Below, in pieces: positions 62,086-64,000 of a stretch of 64,000 nt of DNA. Source of the stretch: Mobula hypostoma (lineage: Eukaryota); the NCBI RefSeq assembly GCF_963921235.1, contig NC_086101.1, positions 27,962,001-28,026,000 on the forward strand, read 5' to 3'. A program made the translations under genes and the position numbers. Below the pieces are notes generated by a model that did not search any database, was not told the origin of the DNA, and saw only the letters and a list, made by a program, of their open reading frames with translations. Within the stretch, counting starts at the first letter, position 1, and each line of letters opens with the position of its first letter.

Positions 62086-63169
62086 GACCACAAGATAAGA
62101 GTTATAAAGTGTAATTATTTAATCGTTTATTGTGTGTACTGTCTGATATTTTGCATTGTGGGTTTGATCCGGGGTGTATTACACAGCATCTACGTAAACA
62201 TGAGTGCACAGTTTGGCGGGGCAGATGGCACTTTCCCTGAGATGAACGTGAGTTAATCGAGCCATGTGTTACACCTGGGATTACGTGTGTGTGGGATTAG
62301 CGATATGTGAGATGCACATGTGGTATTGCTGAGTTGTCCCCTTGTGACCATGTGGAATTTCAGATGTGCATGTATGAGATTGCAGACTTGTCTGATTCTG
62401 GATGTGCCCAAACATGAGTTTGTGGATGTGGATATGGGTAGTATAGAGAGATTAATAAAAGAATGTGTTAACCATCGTACTTCATCATCCATGATCCTAC
62501 TGACAATGAGGTGGTGCTGGCAAATTTAAAACATGTTAAGACTTATCACGGAGGATAAATTCTCTTGGTTCATACCAAATGTATCTGAGCACATTGTTGG
62601 AAGCCAGAGAAGAAATTGCTGGGTGTTGTTGGAGATGCTTGTAAATACGTTAGCCACACAGAGAGGGGCCGGGGTGACTGAAGGGTGCCTAATACTGTGA
62701 GGGCAAGCCAAGAAACCACAGGCCAGTGAGCCCGGCATCAGTGTGGGAAGGCAAGGATTTGGGTTGCTCAGTATGGCATTGCGTGTGTGGGGAAAATCAT
62801 ATCTCATGAATGTGACTGAGTTTATTTTTGAAGAAGTGATCTGGGTCTGCCGAGTGCGATATGACTCATATCATCTTCACGGGCCTTTGACGAGGTCCCA
62901 GATTGGAGGCTGTTCCAGAAGGATAGATCACATAAGGATTGAGCGTGTGCTAGCCAATTAGGTAATAAATTGGCTTGGTGGTACGAGTCATAGTGGACAC
63001 TGCTGAAGGAATGAGCTGCCGGAGGAAGTGACTGGGAAAGGTCCAGAATCAGATTCAATTGTCACCGGCATTCATCGTGAACTGTGATAACTTTACGGCA
63101 GCAATACAATGAAATACGTGATAAACTGATATAGAAAAGAAAACTATTATACTAAGGAAATGTGTGTCT

Positions 63170-64000
63170 GTTAAAGTTAAGTTAAAATTTAAAATAAAGA
63201 AAATAAAAAAAAGTAATGAGGTAGTCTTCGTGGGTTAATGTCCATTTAGAAATCAGGTGGCAAAGTGGAAGAAGCTGTTCCTGAATTGCTGTGTGTGCAT
63301 TCAGACTTCTGTACCTCCCACTCCATGGTAACAATGAAAAATGGACGTATCCCGGGTAGTGGAGGGTGGGTGGTCCTAAATGATGGACACCTCCTTTCTC
63401 AGGCACTGCTCCTTGAAGATGCCTTGGAGACTGTGGAGGCTTGTACCCATGATGGAGCTGAGTAATTTTACAACTTTCTGCAGTTTATTTTAATCCTGTA
63501 CAGTAGACACTCCGCCTCCCCCACCCCTTGTACTATATGGTGATGCAGCCAGTCAGAATGCTCTCCACAGTACATCTGTTGAAGTATTTGAGTGTTTTAG
63601 TTAAGAAACCAAATCTCAAACGTTAATGAAATATAGCCACTGTCTTGCCGCCTTTATAGCTGCATCAATATGTTGCGTCCAGGTTAGGTCCTCAGATGTT
63701 GACACCCAGGAATTTGAAATTGCTCACTCTCTCCATGTCTGACCCCTCTATGAGGATTGGTGTGCATTCCCTCGTCTTGCCCTTCCTGCAGTCCACAATC
63801 AGCTCTTTGGTCTTGCTGACGCTGAGTACCAGGTTGTTGCGGAAACACCACTCAACTAACTGGAATATGTCACTCCTGTATGCCTTCTCATCACCATCTG
63901 AAATTCTGCCAACAATAGTTGTGTTGTCAGCTGGCATTTGAGCTGTGCCTAGCCACACAGTCATGGTGTAGGGAGTGTGGAGCAGTGGGCTAAGCACACA
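63170..64000 (-). mobile_element. Rex1/Babar-like LINE fragment
   Basis: ADNTTIVGRISDGDEKAYR...WCFRNNLVLSVSKTKELIVD. Confidence 0.8.

Overview
Vertebrate genomic DNA, most likely a cartilaginous fish (ray or shark). This is inferred from the repeat content (CR1, Rex1/Babar, L1, Penelope, V-SINE-like, Tc1/Tigger, hAT, Gmr1-type Gypsy) and the shark-type class I sequences. Hidden among the repeats, and only partly visible in the ORF track, are two tandem + strand non-classical MHC class I heavy-chain paralogues, reconstructed here exon by exon with GT-AG junctions in frame. Gene A (12043-33442) has 8 exons and 375 aa; an N gap lies in intron 1. Gene B (41359-61584) has 7 exons and 373 aa if a weak-acceptor mini-exon is used. 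Each keeps only 1 of the 8 classical peptide-anchoring residues, and their grooves are more hydrophobic. They share a conserved X1-X2-Y promoter module with identical spacing; only gene A has an intact ISRE. Transposons have rewritten coding sequence in both: a 51-bp in-frame Penelope-terminus fragment sits inside gene B's transmembrane exon, and a CR1 insertion replaced gene A's C-terminus. The rest is mobile DNA, including a young non-autonomous Gmr1-type LTR element with near-identical LTRs, two solo LTRs and a four-level nested transposon stack. All coordinates and alignments were read by eye; no database search was run.
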